Positions 13,518-25,738 of a stretch of 64,000 bases of DNA are shown piece by piece. Source of the stretch: Octopus vulgaris (lineage: Eukaryota). Numbering within the stretch: the stretch's first letter is position 1; each line of letters begins with the position of its first letter. The DNA lies in the NCBI GenBank assembly GCA_951406725.2, contig OX597822.1, positions 806,001 to 870,000 on the forward strand, read 5' to 3'. The notes beneath the pieces are model-generated. The model was not told the origin of the DNA, searched no databases, and was given only the letters and a program-made list of their open reading frames with translations. The translations under genes and the position numbers were made by a program.

Positions 13518-13981
13518 AACTTATAAACAAGGGCAAAAGAAAAAGTTGTAATGCGAAATATGCCGAAAATAGGCTTAAATCGTCAATAACCATATAATAC
13601 ATCACTATAACCATACATCTCGAAGTGATCGGACTGAAAATTCTCATAGAGTGAGAGAGTCCGAGGTATGCTGAAGAAATTCTATTTTGGATATATTTGG
13701 GGTACTTAAGAGTACACATGACTTAGTGTTTACTTCTTCCATGGTTACAAGTAAGTATTTCATTTATTTTCTTACGTAGTTATCGCTGACGAGGAGAAAA
13801 TTCTTATGAATTAACTCTGAAATCGGGGCCGATACGATAATAAAAGAATTTTTCAGAAATTTATTTCGGCTTACTTCGAGACAAGTGCTTATAGTGATGA
13901 ATGATATGGTTATTGACGATTTAAGTCTATTTTCGGCATATTTGGCATTAGAACTTTTTCTATAGCCCATGTTTATAAGTT
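13518..13981. mobile_element. MITE/foldback element with ~110-bp imperfect TIRs
   Basis: 13518-13630 is the imperfect reverse complement of ~13869-13981 (AACTTATAAACA...GCCGAAAATAG.CTTAAATCGTCAATAACCATAT). Confidence 0.8.
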
Positions 13982-14066
13982 CTTTATAAATTTAACCTTT
14001 AAAGGTATTTTTTAATATGCAAGCCATTGATAGAATTTTTTTGGAAACATTTTATCCTATATTAGA

Positions 14067-14096
<30 letters not shown>

Positions 14097-14097
<1 letters not shown>

Positions 14098-15319
14098 TGG
14101 GTCATCCCATAAAAAATGCGGTTTTTTCAAGTGGATGAACTAAAGATCGGATGAGGTCGAGATAAACTACCTGCACCAACTCGCTATAAAAGCAGGTAGT
14201 AATTTTACCTTGTTTAGTGCAAGTTTTGAATCGTGCAGTTGATTTTAACAGTTATTTTTTCAAAGCTATAATGGAAGTGACAAAGGAGCTTTTTGAGCTC
14301 AATTAAGGCAACAACGCAACGGAAAGTGCGAGGATTATTAATGCCGTATATGGGGATCAGACAGTAAGCGTAAGCCAGTGTCAACTGTGGTTCCAAACTT
14401 CCGAGCCTAGAAGACGAAACTCGTCCTGGAAGATCTCTAAAGCTCGACGAGGACGTCCTGCAAACTCTGGTGGAATAAAATCTCATCGTAACTGTTGGCG
14501 AACTAGCAGAGAAGCTTGGATTTGATCATTCATCGACACCTGTGTGCCATCGGAAAAGTCAGCAAATTAGGTCAATGGGTTCCACGCAAACTTTTCGAGT
14601 CTAATCACGCGTAGTGAGTGAATGTGTGCTCTTCTTTGCTGTCACGTTTCACGAATGAACCCTTTTCGGACCAAATAGTGACTGGTGACGAGAAATGGGT
14701 TCTCTACAAAATTGTAAAGTGCCGGAGACAGTGGGTAGGGAGAGGTGAAACAACGGCTTCCCTGGCAAAAGAAAGTCTTCACCCACGTAAAGTGTTGTCA
14801 TCTGTTTGGTGGGATATGAAAGGATTAATCCACTTCGAACTTTTAAACCCAAACCAAACGATAACAAAGGCGATGATCTGCGAGCAGCCTGAGCGGCTTC
14901 AGTCAGCGTTAGAAGAAAAATGTCACATGGTTAAACTGGCATCAAGACGAAAGGTATTCTTCCATCAGGAGTGAGGATGATATTCAAAAGGCTGGAGCAG
15001 TTTGAATGGGAAACGATACCCAACTCACCAAAATCGCCGGACATTACCCCATCTGATTATTATTTATACCACAGTCTTCAAAATCATTTGGACGGAAAAA
15101 ATATGAATTCTGTAAACGAAGTCAGAACAATACTGGAGGAGTATTTTTCGTGACGGACAAATGAATTTTGGAAGGTGGGGCCTTGCAAGTCTACCAGATA
15201 GATAGAAGAGCATTGTAGAAAATGAAGGAGAGTATATTTTAGATTAAAAAACTTTGTTTATCTTAATTTTGAAAAATAAAAGAAGTATAAAAACCCGCAT
15301 TATTTATCGGATGACCCAA
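14097..15319 (+). mobile_element. Near full-length decayed mariner transposon (same family as 12744-13498); transposase pseudogene
   Basis: TA TSD, TIRs TTGGGTCATCC/GGATGACCCAA; motifs WVP, IVTGDEKWVLY, VWWD, SPDITPSDY broken by stops and frameshifts. Confidence 0.95.
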
Positions 15320-15324
15320 TATAT

Positions 15325-15382
15325 CTATCGTGATGGGACTTGAAATAATAATCTTCGGCTCCGGAGGTCGTCGCCTTATCCA
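15325..15382 (-). pseudogene. Degenerate tRNA-Arg(CCG)-like fragment lacking its 5' end
   Basis: Minus strand TGGATAAGGCG-ACGAC-CTCCGGA-GCCGA-AGATT-ATTAT-TTCAAGT-CCCAT resembles metazoan tRNA-Arg-CCG D, anticodon and T arms, with broken stems. Confidence 0.6.
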
Positions 15383-15388
15383 TATATA

Positions 15389-16628
15389 CACAGGCATGAC
15401 AGAAGTAAATAAAGACCCCATGAAACATCGTTTTATGTTTATTCTAACTTGTAAAGGTTTATATTTTTTTTAATTAATTGACATTTTTACGTTTCAGATT
15501 CCACATATGACTGTTTAATGTACAACAGAAGCCTTGGAACTGTCTGAATTTCAAAGAGACCGTATTGTGGGTCATTCTGAATGTGGACTTAGCATAAAAG
15601 CAGAAAACCTTGGGATCCTGCTTTGAACAGTTACTAGAGTGATTGTGTAATTCACTAGAGAGGGGAAGGAGTGCACATCACCTCGCCCACATCAACCAGG
15701 GCCCTCTGACAGGCCCTTCGTTTTGCCAAGAGAAGTGTTGAGAATAATCCTCATTGCAAGGCTTCTGACGTAGCAGAAGAAGTTGATATCAGTCCCAGAA
15801 CAGCTGTCAGGTACCTCCACAAACTTTGTTCCTACGGCAGAGCAGCAAGAAGGAGCTACTTCTTCGGCCAGCCAACATCAAGCGGAGAAAATATTGGAGC
15901 AGTGAGATGGCAGAGAGGTCAGTAGCATTTTGGGACACTGTCATATTCTCTGATGAATCCAGATTTGCTGTATTTCTTGAAAGTGGTCGAGTGTAGGTCT
16001 GGAGATTCTGTGATCAAGAATTTGATGTGAAAAAACTGCAGCCAACAATGAAACACGATAGCTATTCTGTGATGGACTGGAGAACAACTTGGAGCAATGA
16101 TTGATCAGAACTGGTGAAGTGTGAAGGAAACATAAACTCAGATAAATATACGTCCATATTGCGGAAAGGACTCTTCCAATCGTCTACAGTGGTATAATGA
16201 TTAAAGAAGACTATTTATGGAAGATGAGGCTTCTTGTCACATGGTTAAAATGACCGAAGCTTTTTTTTTTTTGAATAAGAATAGCATTAAAAAGCTTCAA
16301 TGGCCAAGCCAGTCACCAAATATGAACCCTATTGAACACGTTTGGGATATAATTGATAGGACACTTCATAAAAAGAACAAGAAAACATCTTCAAAGCCAG
16401 ATTTTTGAGATTACAGCATGAAACTTGGCAAGGAATTCCGAAAAAGAATATTCGTCATCTGATCAGTAACATGCCTAATAAGGTCCTTGCATTGAAAAAT
16501 GCAAAGGACACGTCTACAAAATATTAAAATATTTACATTGTAACAATAAATGGTTCGAATGTATAATTTCAGATTTAAACAAATATTAATGATTATAAGG
16601 GTGTCTATTTACTTCTGCCATGTGTGTG
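15389..16628 (+). mobile_element. Decayed Tc1-family transposon
   Basis: TIRs CACAGGCATGACAGAAGTAAATA / TATTTACTTCTGCCATG; transposase remnants ELSEFQRDRIVG, VIFSDESRF, WPSQSPNMNPIEHVWD. Confidence 0.92.
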
Positions 16629-16685
<57 letters not shown>

Positions 16686-17039
16686 AAAATTAGGAGAAGA
16701 GGGAAGAAAGTTGTAACATATGCTATGGAAATCGGATGTGTTTGCAGTAGACCCCATGCCGTACTAACCCCTAATTACACAACTTTAACTGGATTAATCA
16801 TGCTAACGTTGTGTGAAATGGGAACTCAATCAACGAAGTATCAAAAATGAACATGATCTAAGAGAAATAACTCGGAGTTGTCAGTGGTATGGATTTGAGG
16901 CAAATAAATCTATAAAAAATGAATGAAAAATATGAGAATGGAATAACCTGGGGACATTTCGACTTGGAAGCAAATAACGATTATTGACCTACAAAAAAGT
17001 ATTCTTGTGACTGTTAGGTAATGTAATTCTAAACATCTT

Positions 17040-17800
17040 ATGCCTAAATGCAAGACTGGTCGATCACTGTTAGAATACCATCGAACATGACTTCTCGATC
17101 AGAATTTGATCCAAGGCAGAAAAACAACCCCCAAAACAACAAAAATCAACAGCAATAGGTCAACTGGATCAATCCTGGTGCCTAGGGGCTGAATAATAAC
17201 AACTATAGATCTCCAAGATCACAGCCGACCAAGAGTTAAGCAACAACAACAACAACAACAGCAGCAGCAGCTGTAGCAAATAGTTGTGACTGTGTTGACA
17301 TTTCATCTTGCAACATCTATAATTTTTGTCGCTATTTTGCCACATACAACCCCTAACCAAGCAGACCTATGCTCAAAGCCATTCCAAGCATGTCATTCAC
17401 ACCTAGTTTTTAAAAAAAATATATGAACTGTATGCATCTAAGACTAAATTCTAATATATTCTTGTATTTTAAGACGTTAAGTTGTGATCTGAGGCAGATT
17501 TGGTTATTATTTCTGGCAAATAAAGATGAGAAAAAACAAATTACCTAGGATCGACTGTTGCGAGAAAATTCAACAGTAAAGTGGTTGCTAACATATTTGG
17601 CGCTGTAACAGATCGTTAAGGGGGTCCTTGGATGATCTGTTTATTTATGAATTTATTATTTACGCATCCAGTTTTTCTTTTCCTGTCACTCTTTGTCCTG
17701 GGGTTGATTAAATCGACGCTGCTCTTCTTTCAACATTTGTGACTTTGTGCCTGTGTTATAAATCCTTTTTAGTTCAGGGAGGCCGAGGGTTAAACAACAA
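17040..17800. repeat. Old fragments of a further interspersed repeat family with (CAA)n tails (related pieces near 1570, 32040, 34745, 54870, 59560)
   Basis: Recurrent degenerate motif GCTAGAAATAGCAGCCAAATCTCCCTC and ...GGGCTAAACAACAAC tail. Confidence 0.45.
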
Positions 17801-18469
17801 CAACACCTACAACTACACCACCACCACCACCACCACCATCACCACAGCAACAACAACAACACTAACTACTGCTACTACAACAACAACAATGGCGACAACA
17901 ATGTCGACAAGAAAAATAACAACGGCAACGATAACAACAACTACCACCACAACAACTATGAAACGAACAAAAACAGCAACAGGAGCACACCGCTACCACC
18001 ACCATCAACACCACCACCGCCACCATCACCATCACGACAGCAACCACCACCATCACCGCCACCACTACGACGACGACCATCACCACTACTACCACCACCA
18101 GAACAACAGCAACAACCACTACTACCACCACTACCACAATCAATACAGCAACAGCAACAGCAACAACGGCGACGACGGCGCAACCTTAGCAAAGACAAAA
18201 AAGAAACCAACAACACCCACAACGACAAAAACAGCGACAACAAAACAACAACAACAACAGTAACAATAAAGGTAAAAACTTTATGGGAAGAAAATCATCC
18301 GATTCAATCGAGCACAAAATTTCGCTGTTCCAACGCCATTTCCCCCTCCTCTTGATTTTTGCATTTCGTTTTTATTTGTTTTCACTTATTCTCGCCCTTT
18401 TTATCACGTTTTTTTCTCAGTCTTTCTTCAATCTCGCCCGCCACCACATAAATATATGTACGTGTGTAT

Positions 18470-18502
<33 letters not shown>

Positions 18503-18649
18503 CGTGGATACGTTACGTACAGTTATACACAAATGTACATTCATACAAAAACACATATATGACATACACGTACATAAATATATACACCCGTACATACATA
18601 TATAATTATTTACACACAGGCACACACATACGTGTGTGAGTGTCTATCA

Positions 18650-18724
<75 letters not shown>

Positions 18725-18842
18725 ACATATATAACATATACACACATACGTTTCGTGTGCATGTATATATATTAATTTAAATCTCATACATATGTAAGAA
18801 CGCACACAGCCCTTCTTTCAGACATAGACCTATTACCCAGTT

Positions 18843-18879
<37 letters not shown>

Positions 18880-19699
18880 ATCTTTCTCTTTATCCTCTTT
18901 CTTACATGTATTTCTTTGTCGTTTTCTTTTCTTTTCTCCCACATCTTCCTTGTCTACCCCATTCCCTAGCACCGCTCTCACTCTTGTAAACACCTCTCAC
19001 CCCCTCTCTCTCTCTCCCTCTTTCTCTCTCTTCAATTTTCTAACCCGAATTACCTTACTCTCGCTTTCGCTCAAACCATAACTTTCTCCCTGTACCGTTC
19101 TATCCTTTTCACTGGAATTCTCTTTCACTAACACACGCTCACTCTAATTCTCTCTGTTTTTCAAATTCTTACTCTGTCTTGTGATACAGTCTCTCTCACC
19201 CTCTCTAATTTCTAGTTCTAACTCTCTCTTTCTCTCACCCTCATCATCATCATTATATCTGTCGCCCTCTCTCTCTCACTCTCTTTACGTTTGGGAACAA
19301 ATCTCACTCCCTTTTTTTCTCTTAATCTTACACTCTTTCTCTAAATCTCTTATTCTTCCATATTTATTTCCGTTTTTCTCTAATTTTCTCTCTCTGACTC
19401 CACCCCTCTCCGTCTTTCGAATTCTCTCTCCAGATTTGTAATTCTGCTTTCGCCGTTCGAATCCTTTCTGTCTTTTTGACACTGTCCTTCTGTTTCTCTT
19501 TTTTCTCTCTATCACTCTCTCGTCTCTTTCTCTCTCTCTCTCTAACTATCTATAGATCCTTAACTCTCTCCTCTCCCCCCCACTCTTTCTTTCCCTTTAC
19601 TGTTTTTTTCCTCTCACGCTCTAATTATATTTCCCTAATTCTTCTCTTTCTAATCTTATCCCTTATCTGTCCGTCTTTCTAATTCTCTGTCCATGTGAT

Positions 19700-19731
<32 letters not shown>

Positions 19732-20144
19732 AATAACTTCGTAACCCTCATAGTCCATCATTCGCTACATCTCCCCGTCTCCCTCTCTCTCTCTCTCTCT
19801 CTCTCTCGCTCCAACTACATCTAAAACCCTAATACTCACTTCCCCCAATCTTTCTCTCTCCCATTCTTGTCTTATTTATTAGCAGTGAAAAGGTGCATTT
19901 GATTGTAAAAGAGATAAGGAAGGAATAGAAAACTTGGCTCAGTGAACATCAAAACCCAACAATTCAAATTTATTCATTGACTTCTACGGCTGATTGTGTT
20001 AGCAGTGATCTGTGACAGAATTACCATCGACGTACGTACGCCAAAACTAAAGTAAGCCTATTACAAAACGGTCCCAAACAACTTAGGAACCGAGCGTAAT
20101 ATGTTCCACCCACATCAAACCTGTCACCTTACCAAACCTCGTAT

Positions 20145-20340
20145 CCTCACCCCGCCTCCAACCAACATATCACCAAACCTCAACATTTGCCACTTCGCCA
20201 GTAACTAGTTATTAGTCCCCCGCCTCTCTCTCTCTTTCTCTCTCTCGATAAGTATAGCATCACGTGAAAGCTGACGTCATCCTATTAGACTTAGGCAGTT
20301 TGGTGTCACGTCACAGGCGCTAGTAATGGCGGACGTTTCG
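20145..20340. promoter_or_regulatory. Promoter-like motif cluster
   Basis: GC boxes CCCCGCCTC (20150, 20218), TCACGTGA (20260), TGACGTCA (20272), GTCACGTCAC (20305), AATGGCGG (20325) in CpG-retaining unique sequence. Confidence 0.5.
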
Positions 20341-20383
20341 ACGAGGACTGAAGTGAATTCATGGTGAAAATAACCAAATATGC

Positions 20384-20432
<49 letters not shown>

Positions 20433-20728
20433 TGTGTGTGTGTTTGTGTGTGTGTTTGTGTGTGTGTATGTGCGCGTGTGTGTATGAGCATGTGTGTGCG
20501 TGTGTGTATATAAGTTTGTGAATGTGTAAGCATGTATAGGCGATGTTGTGTATTAGTGCCCGTGCATATGTGTGTATGCATATATATGTGTGTATTTGTA
20601 TGCATGTATAAGTATACATACATGTATACGTGTGTGTCATTATATTATTGTATGTGAGTGTATGAATTCTGTGTCAAGGTGCATATGTGCCTATGTAAGT
20701 GTGTTTAAGTATGAGAGGTTGCTTCGCA

Positions 20729-20822
<94 letters not shown>

Positions 20823-20954
20823 CATACATATGTTACATATATACACACATATATATGCATATGTACACATCTATCTCTATCTTTCGACTATGTATGTATA
20901 AATATACATATGTATGTATGTTTATATATATATATGTATATATATATATATTAA

Positions 20955-21319
20955 GGTATGTAGAAAAATACAACATGGACAAGAACGTATAACTCTTAGA
21001 AGACGATACAATAAACACGGACAGGACATTCGAAACCCTCAGTCTTCAGTCAAGAACCGGATCATCGTAGTAATTTCGGCTGATTAATCTTAAGATTACT
21101 AGATCACTGCCAGCCCTCCAAGAAAAACTAAGCAACGAGCATTAGAAAAACTAAGCTGGGAGCGTAGATTTCCTGGAAGAAGGATCGAATGCATACGAAC
21201 ACCAGGACAGCAAAAGGGACGAATATAAAAAAACAAAAAACAATAATGGAATACAGAAACATGAAATACAGAAGCATAAACGGTGAAAACAACAAGTGTC
21301 TTACGACTGATAACAAGCA

Positions 21320-21322
<3 letters not shown>
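20955..21322 (-). mobile_element. Interspersed repeat inserted in (TA)n, probably PLE-derived
   Basis: Flanked on both sides by TA arrays; same composition and context as other pseudo-LTR fragments; weak CTGAAGA motif. Confidence 0.35.
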
Positions 21323-21405
<83 letters not shown>

Positions 21406-21579
21406 ACACATACATATATACACACACACACATATACACACACACACATGTACACATACATATATACACACACACAAACCTACAGTTATTGCGATATTTT
21501 GCAAAATTGTTTATGGTGATTGCAAAATATATATTATACAGCCTGTAATAATTAATAAGAGATATAAACTAGAAGTTTA

Positions 21580-21643
<64 letters not shown>

Positions 21644-21913
21644 GTTACCAACACTACAACTCCAACAATAGAATTAATATGAAGAGAATCACGATGAGCA
21701 TCATCATCATAACCACCGCCACAACTGCTGCTGCCACCTCTAGCATTATTCTGACGTACAAATCCATGTGTACCTCTCCTACCGCATCTTCCTTATTACC
21801 GCCGCATTCACAAAATGCCCCTATGATCTTGGGGACCAATGTTGCGGGCATTGACCCTTGTATTGCGCTGATTAATATACTGCGGCATAAGCTTATTCCA
21901 GCCCGCCTTTCAC

Positions 21914-22305
21914 TAGGCTGCCATTTGTATAGCTCCCCGTCTGTCTAGCTCCCCGTCTGTCTAGCTCCCCTTCTGTCTAGTCCGCCGTTTGTGTAGCTTG
22001 CAGTTTGCCTAGTCTGCCGTTTGCGTAGCCTGCAGTTTGTCTAACCCACCGTTTGCTTAGCCTTCCGTTTGCCTAACCTGTCATTTGTGTAGCCTGTTTT
22101 TTGTCTAGCCTGTCTACTCCACCGTTTACCTAGCCTGCCGTTTGTGTTGACTGCTGTTTGTGTAGCCTCCGTTTGTATAGCCTGCCAGTTGCCTAGCCTG
22201 CCGTTTGTGTAGCCTGTCGTTTTTGTAGCCTGTCATTTGTCAAGTCCGCCATTTGTGTTGCTCGTCCTTTCTCTAGTCCGCCATTGGTATAGCCTACCGT
22301 TTGTT
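21914..22305. repeat. Degenerate 16-bp minisatellite, about 24 units, consensus TAGCCTGCCGTTTGTG
   Basis: TAG recurs every 16 nt followed by variants of CCTGCCGTTTG. Confidence 0.9.
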
Positions 22306-22979
22306 TCACCTGTAAAGCAGTCGGACACTACCATTGAGAATATGCCGCTCAATATTTCAGCGAGGACCTGTTTTAAATTGTCTTTGGATGGGGTGGCATG
22401 GAAAGAAAGCAACCGTCTGTCTTATTGAAATAATGGAATGTAATTTTCACCTGGTCAAAGTTGGGCAAAGTGAGGGAAAGAAATTTTTCTTTATTTTATC
22501 ACAAATAAAACCCTTGCAAAAATTGTTGCCAGAGCGGGGCCTTGCTTATTCTTTCCGATTTGGCACAACTGCAGCAATTTGGAGTTGCGGAAGAAGTGGA
22601 TGATATCGATTTCAATACTCAACAGCTACATGTTTTATAGATGTCGAATGGATGAAAGGCAAAATCAATATCAGGGACATTTGAACTCAGAACGTAAAGA
22701 ACCCGTAGAAATGCCGCTAAGCATTTTATCCGACGTGCTAAGGGCCTTGCTAGATTATTTTAATGTAGCTGTTTGTCGTGGCATTTACAGAAAGTAAAGA
22801 GCCGGAAGAACTGCTGACAAGCATTTTATCCGAAGCGCTAAAAGCCTTGCTAAATAATAAAATCTCGCTGGCTGCAGAGGTGTTATTACTACTAGCATTG
22901 TTTTGCTTACGTTTTAGCTTCATGCTGCTACCATTCTTATCGGAGAGTTATATTTATTCATGTGTGTTTGGCTATTGGA

Positions 22980-23213
22980 ATATTGAGCACCTTTCATTAT
23001 TTACATTATTTACATTTGACGCACATTTGTCCTCATCTTGTTTGTACTTAACACAACGTTTCGGCTGAAAATACCCTCCAGTCTTCATGAGGTGTCTTGG
23101 GGAAATTTCGAACCTGGGTTCTCATTCCTAAGGTATTTTTCGATATTATTATTAACATAATCATCATCATCATCATCACCACCACCACCACCACCACCAC
23201 CACCACCACCACC

Positions 23214-23247
<34 letters not shown>

Positions 23248-23303
23248 TCATCATCGTCGTCGTCGTCGTCGTCATCATCATCATCATCGTCATTATTATT
23301 ATT

Positions 23304-23345
<42 letters not shown>

Positions 23346-23428
23346 ATTCAGGTCACTGCTGAGAACTGAACTCATGACCTTACGATCATGAGCTGAATAC
23401 CGAAACGACTAACCCTTACGCCTTCACT
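22980..23428 (-). mobile_element. tRNA-like head + trinucleotide tract + hammerhead-bearing body (SINE/PLE-like composite)
   Basis: Degenerate tRNA-like head at ~23350-23428; hammerhead motif at 23051-23095 on the same strand. Confidence 0.5.
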
Positions 23429-23984
23429 TTTCCCAAAGGTAATGCATAACTAAAATGCGGAACACCTGCATACTTAAAGAGGTTTGCTTTGAAGCCACAC
23501 GGTTTCGGAGTTCAGCACCACTGCACGACATACTGGGGAACAGGATGGTTTTTACCAAATCATCATAAGGAAAACTTGGGAACAGTGAGAGAAATTGTGC
23601 GGAAAATTGATGCAGAGAATGTTACTGAACGTAATACCACCACCTGGGATGTTGGGCGCTTTCAATAGCGGCTAGTCTGCTGCGAGTATTTCGGCCAGGT
23701 TTTTGGTGTAAAGGCACCTTCCTTTCACCTACACGAATCGAAGGCCCTGAAGAAATCATAGATTTTTCTACCTTTCCTCTGAATTAGATATCTAGAAAAG
23801 GGTCTCTGTTAAAATGACTTATCGGGCAGAGATGGGGATCCTTAAGCGGATTACATACACTATATGACAACATATACAGGATGCTGTATACTCAATTTCT
23901 CTGAGAAATCTTGGTTCGAATGGAAGCTCTTATAAAAAAAAAACAGAAAAAATTCGACCCATGCCCCACACAGTGATATCGAAC

Positions 23985-24570
23985 TCAGAACTAGGCACAA
24001 GGTCCGAAACTTTTGGGGAGAGGGCCAGCCGATTAAATGGACTGCAGTGCGCAATTGGTACTTAATTTACAGACCCCGAGAAGATGAAAGGCAAAGTTGA
24101 CCTCGGCGGAATTTGAACTCAGAACGTAGCGGCAGACGAAATACCTATTTCTATTTCTTTACTACCCACAAGTGGGCTAAACACAGAGAGGACAAACAAG
24201 GACAGACAAACGGATTAAGTCGATTATATCGACCCCAGTGCGTAAGTGGTACTTATTTAATCGACCCCGGAAGGATGAAAGGCAAAGTCGACCTCGGCGG
24301 AATTTGAACTCAGAACGTAGCGGCAGACGAAATATCTATTTCTTTACTACCCACAAGGGGCTGAACACAGAGAGAACAAACAAGAACAGACAAACGGATT
24401 AACTCGATTTACATTGACCCCAGTGCGTCACTGGTACTTATTTAATCGACCCCGAAAGGATGAAAGGCAAAGCCGACCTCGGCGGAATTTGAACTCAGAA
24501 CGTAACGGAAGATGAAATACCGCTAAGTATTTCGCCCGACGTGCTAACGATTCTACCAGCTCACTGCCTA
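23985..24570 (-). mobile_element. OK-like SINE multimer: head-(core-tailA)2-core-tailB
   Basis: Three cores ~185 nt apart; junctions CGAAATACCTATTTC at 24137 and CGAAATATCTATTTC at 24328. Confidence 0.9.
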
Positions 24571-24819
24571 GAAGGAAAGTGAGGCAAAAATCACTTATCA
24601 TAAAAAAATAATGTGACATAATGTAATAACATTCTGATCGGATGTACGGATAAACTGTTGCTTCAATATATAAGTAAATAATAATGGAAGAGCATTGCAA
24701 ATAAAAGAAAGAAATCCTTTTTATTATGACCGGCTTTTGAGTGGATCAAGTATATAGGAAGCTGGATTAGTTTAGTAATAGTTATCTGTAATACTGACTA
24801 AATATTAGTATACATACAT

Positions 24820-24875
<56 letters not shown>

Positions 24876-24877
24876 TG

Positions 24878-24913
<36 letters not shown>

Positions 24914-25019
24914 CGTGCGTGTGCATGTATATATATATATATGTGTGTGTGTGTGCGTGTGTGTGTGTGTGCATATATATATATATATATGTATATATAG
25001 GCAAGGAAAAATTATAAAA

Positions 25020-25663
25020 AGGCAGAATGCTAAATTGAAGTTAAATTTTTATTGAAAATGGGTGTATGGAAAAAAAAAAAAATTAACTCTAACCGGTTTT
25101 CGTCGCAATGCGACTTTTCAAGGATTGTAAGGTGAAAAGAAATTTTTTTTATAATTGAGGAGCGGGAAAAAAGAAAATTATATTGTTTTTTGCAAAAAAA
25201 TAATAAACATATACAAAAATAAAAAATAGGTACACCGATACATTGTAAAGTGTTTGTGTATCTGGAGTTCAATGATAGAGCTTGGGAAAATTCCCTTGGA
25301 GGATTAAGATCCACGTGATTAAATCCATGTGGTGTTTAATTTAGGATGTTTGTTAAATGAATGTCAAAACAGGAAATGGGGTAGGAGTTATCCAGTTCCT
25401 GTGAGTAAGGGGAGACAACTCTGTGGATTTTGTGCTCTTCAATTGGGATTATTAATCTTTTGTAAGATAGGATGTTAATAAACCTTAAAGTAGAAAATTA
25501 TCATTTTAGCTTCATTTGCATTATCTTTTTTTATATAATTGTTTGCTAACTTAACATTCAGATTTTAACACTTTATTTATATTGCTTTCTAATTATATAA
25601 ATTTACATAAACCAATTTATAATTTCATTTCAGATTGTTATGACATATATAATAATAATAATG

Positions 25664-25738
<75 letters not shown>

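Noticed and set aside
21914-22305. CRISPR-like array
   Set aside because: No unique spacers; contiguous 16-bp tandem units; eukaryotic context without cas genes
23560-23860. Possible LINE ORF1 or exon remnant
   Set aside because: Complex sequence, but no convincing motif or open frame identified
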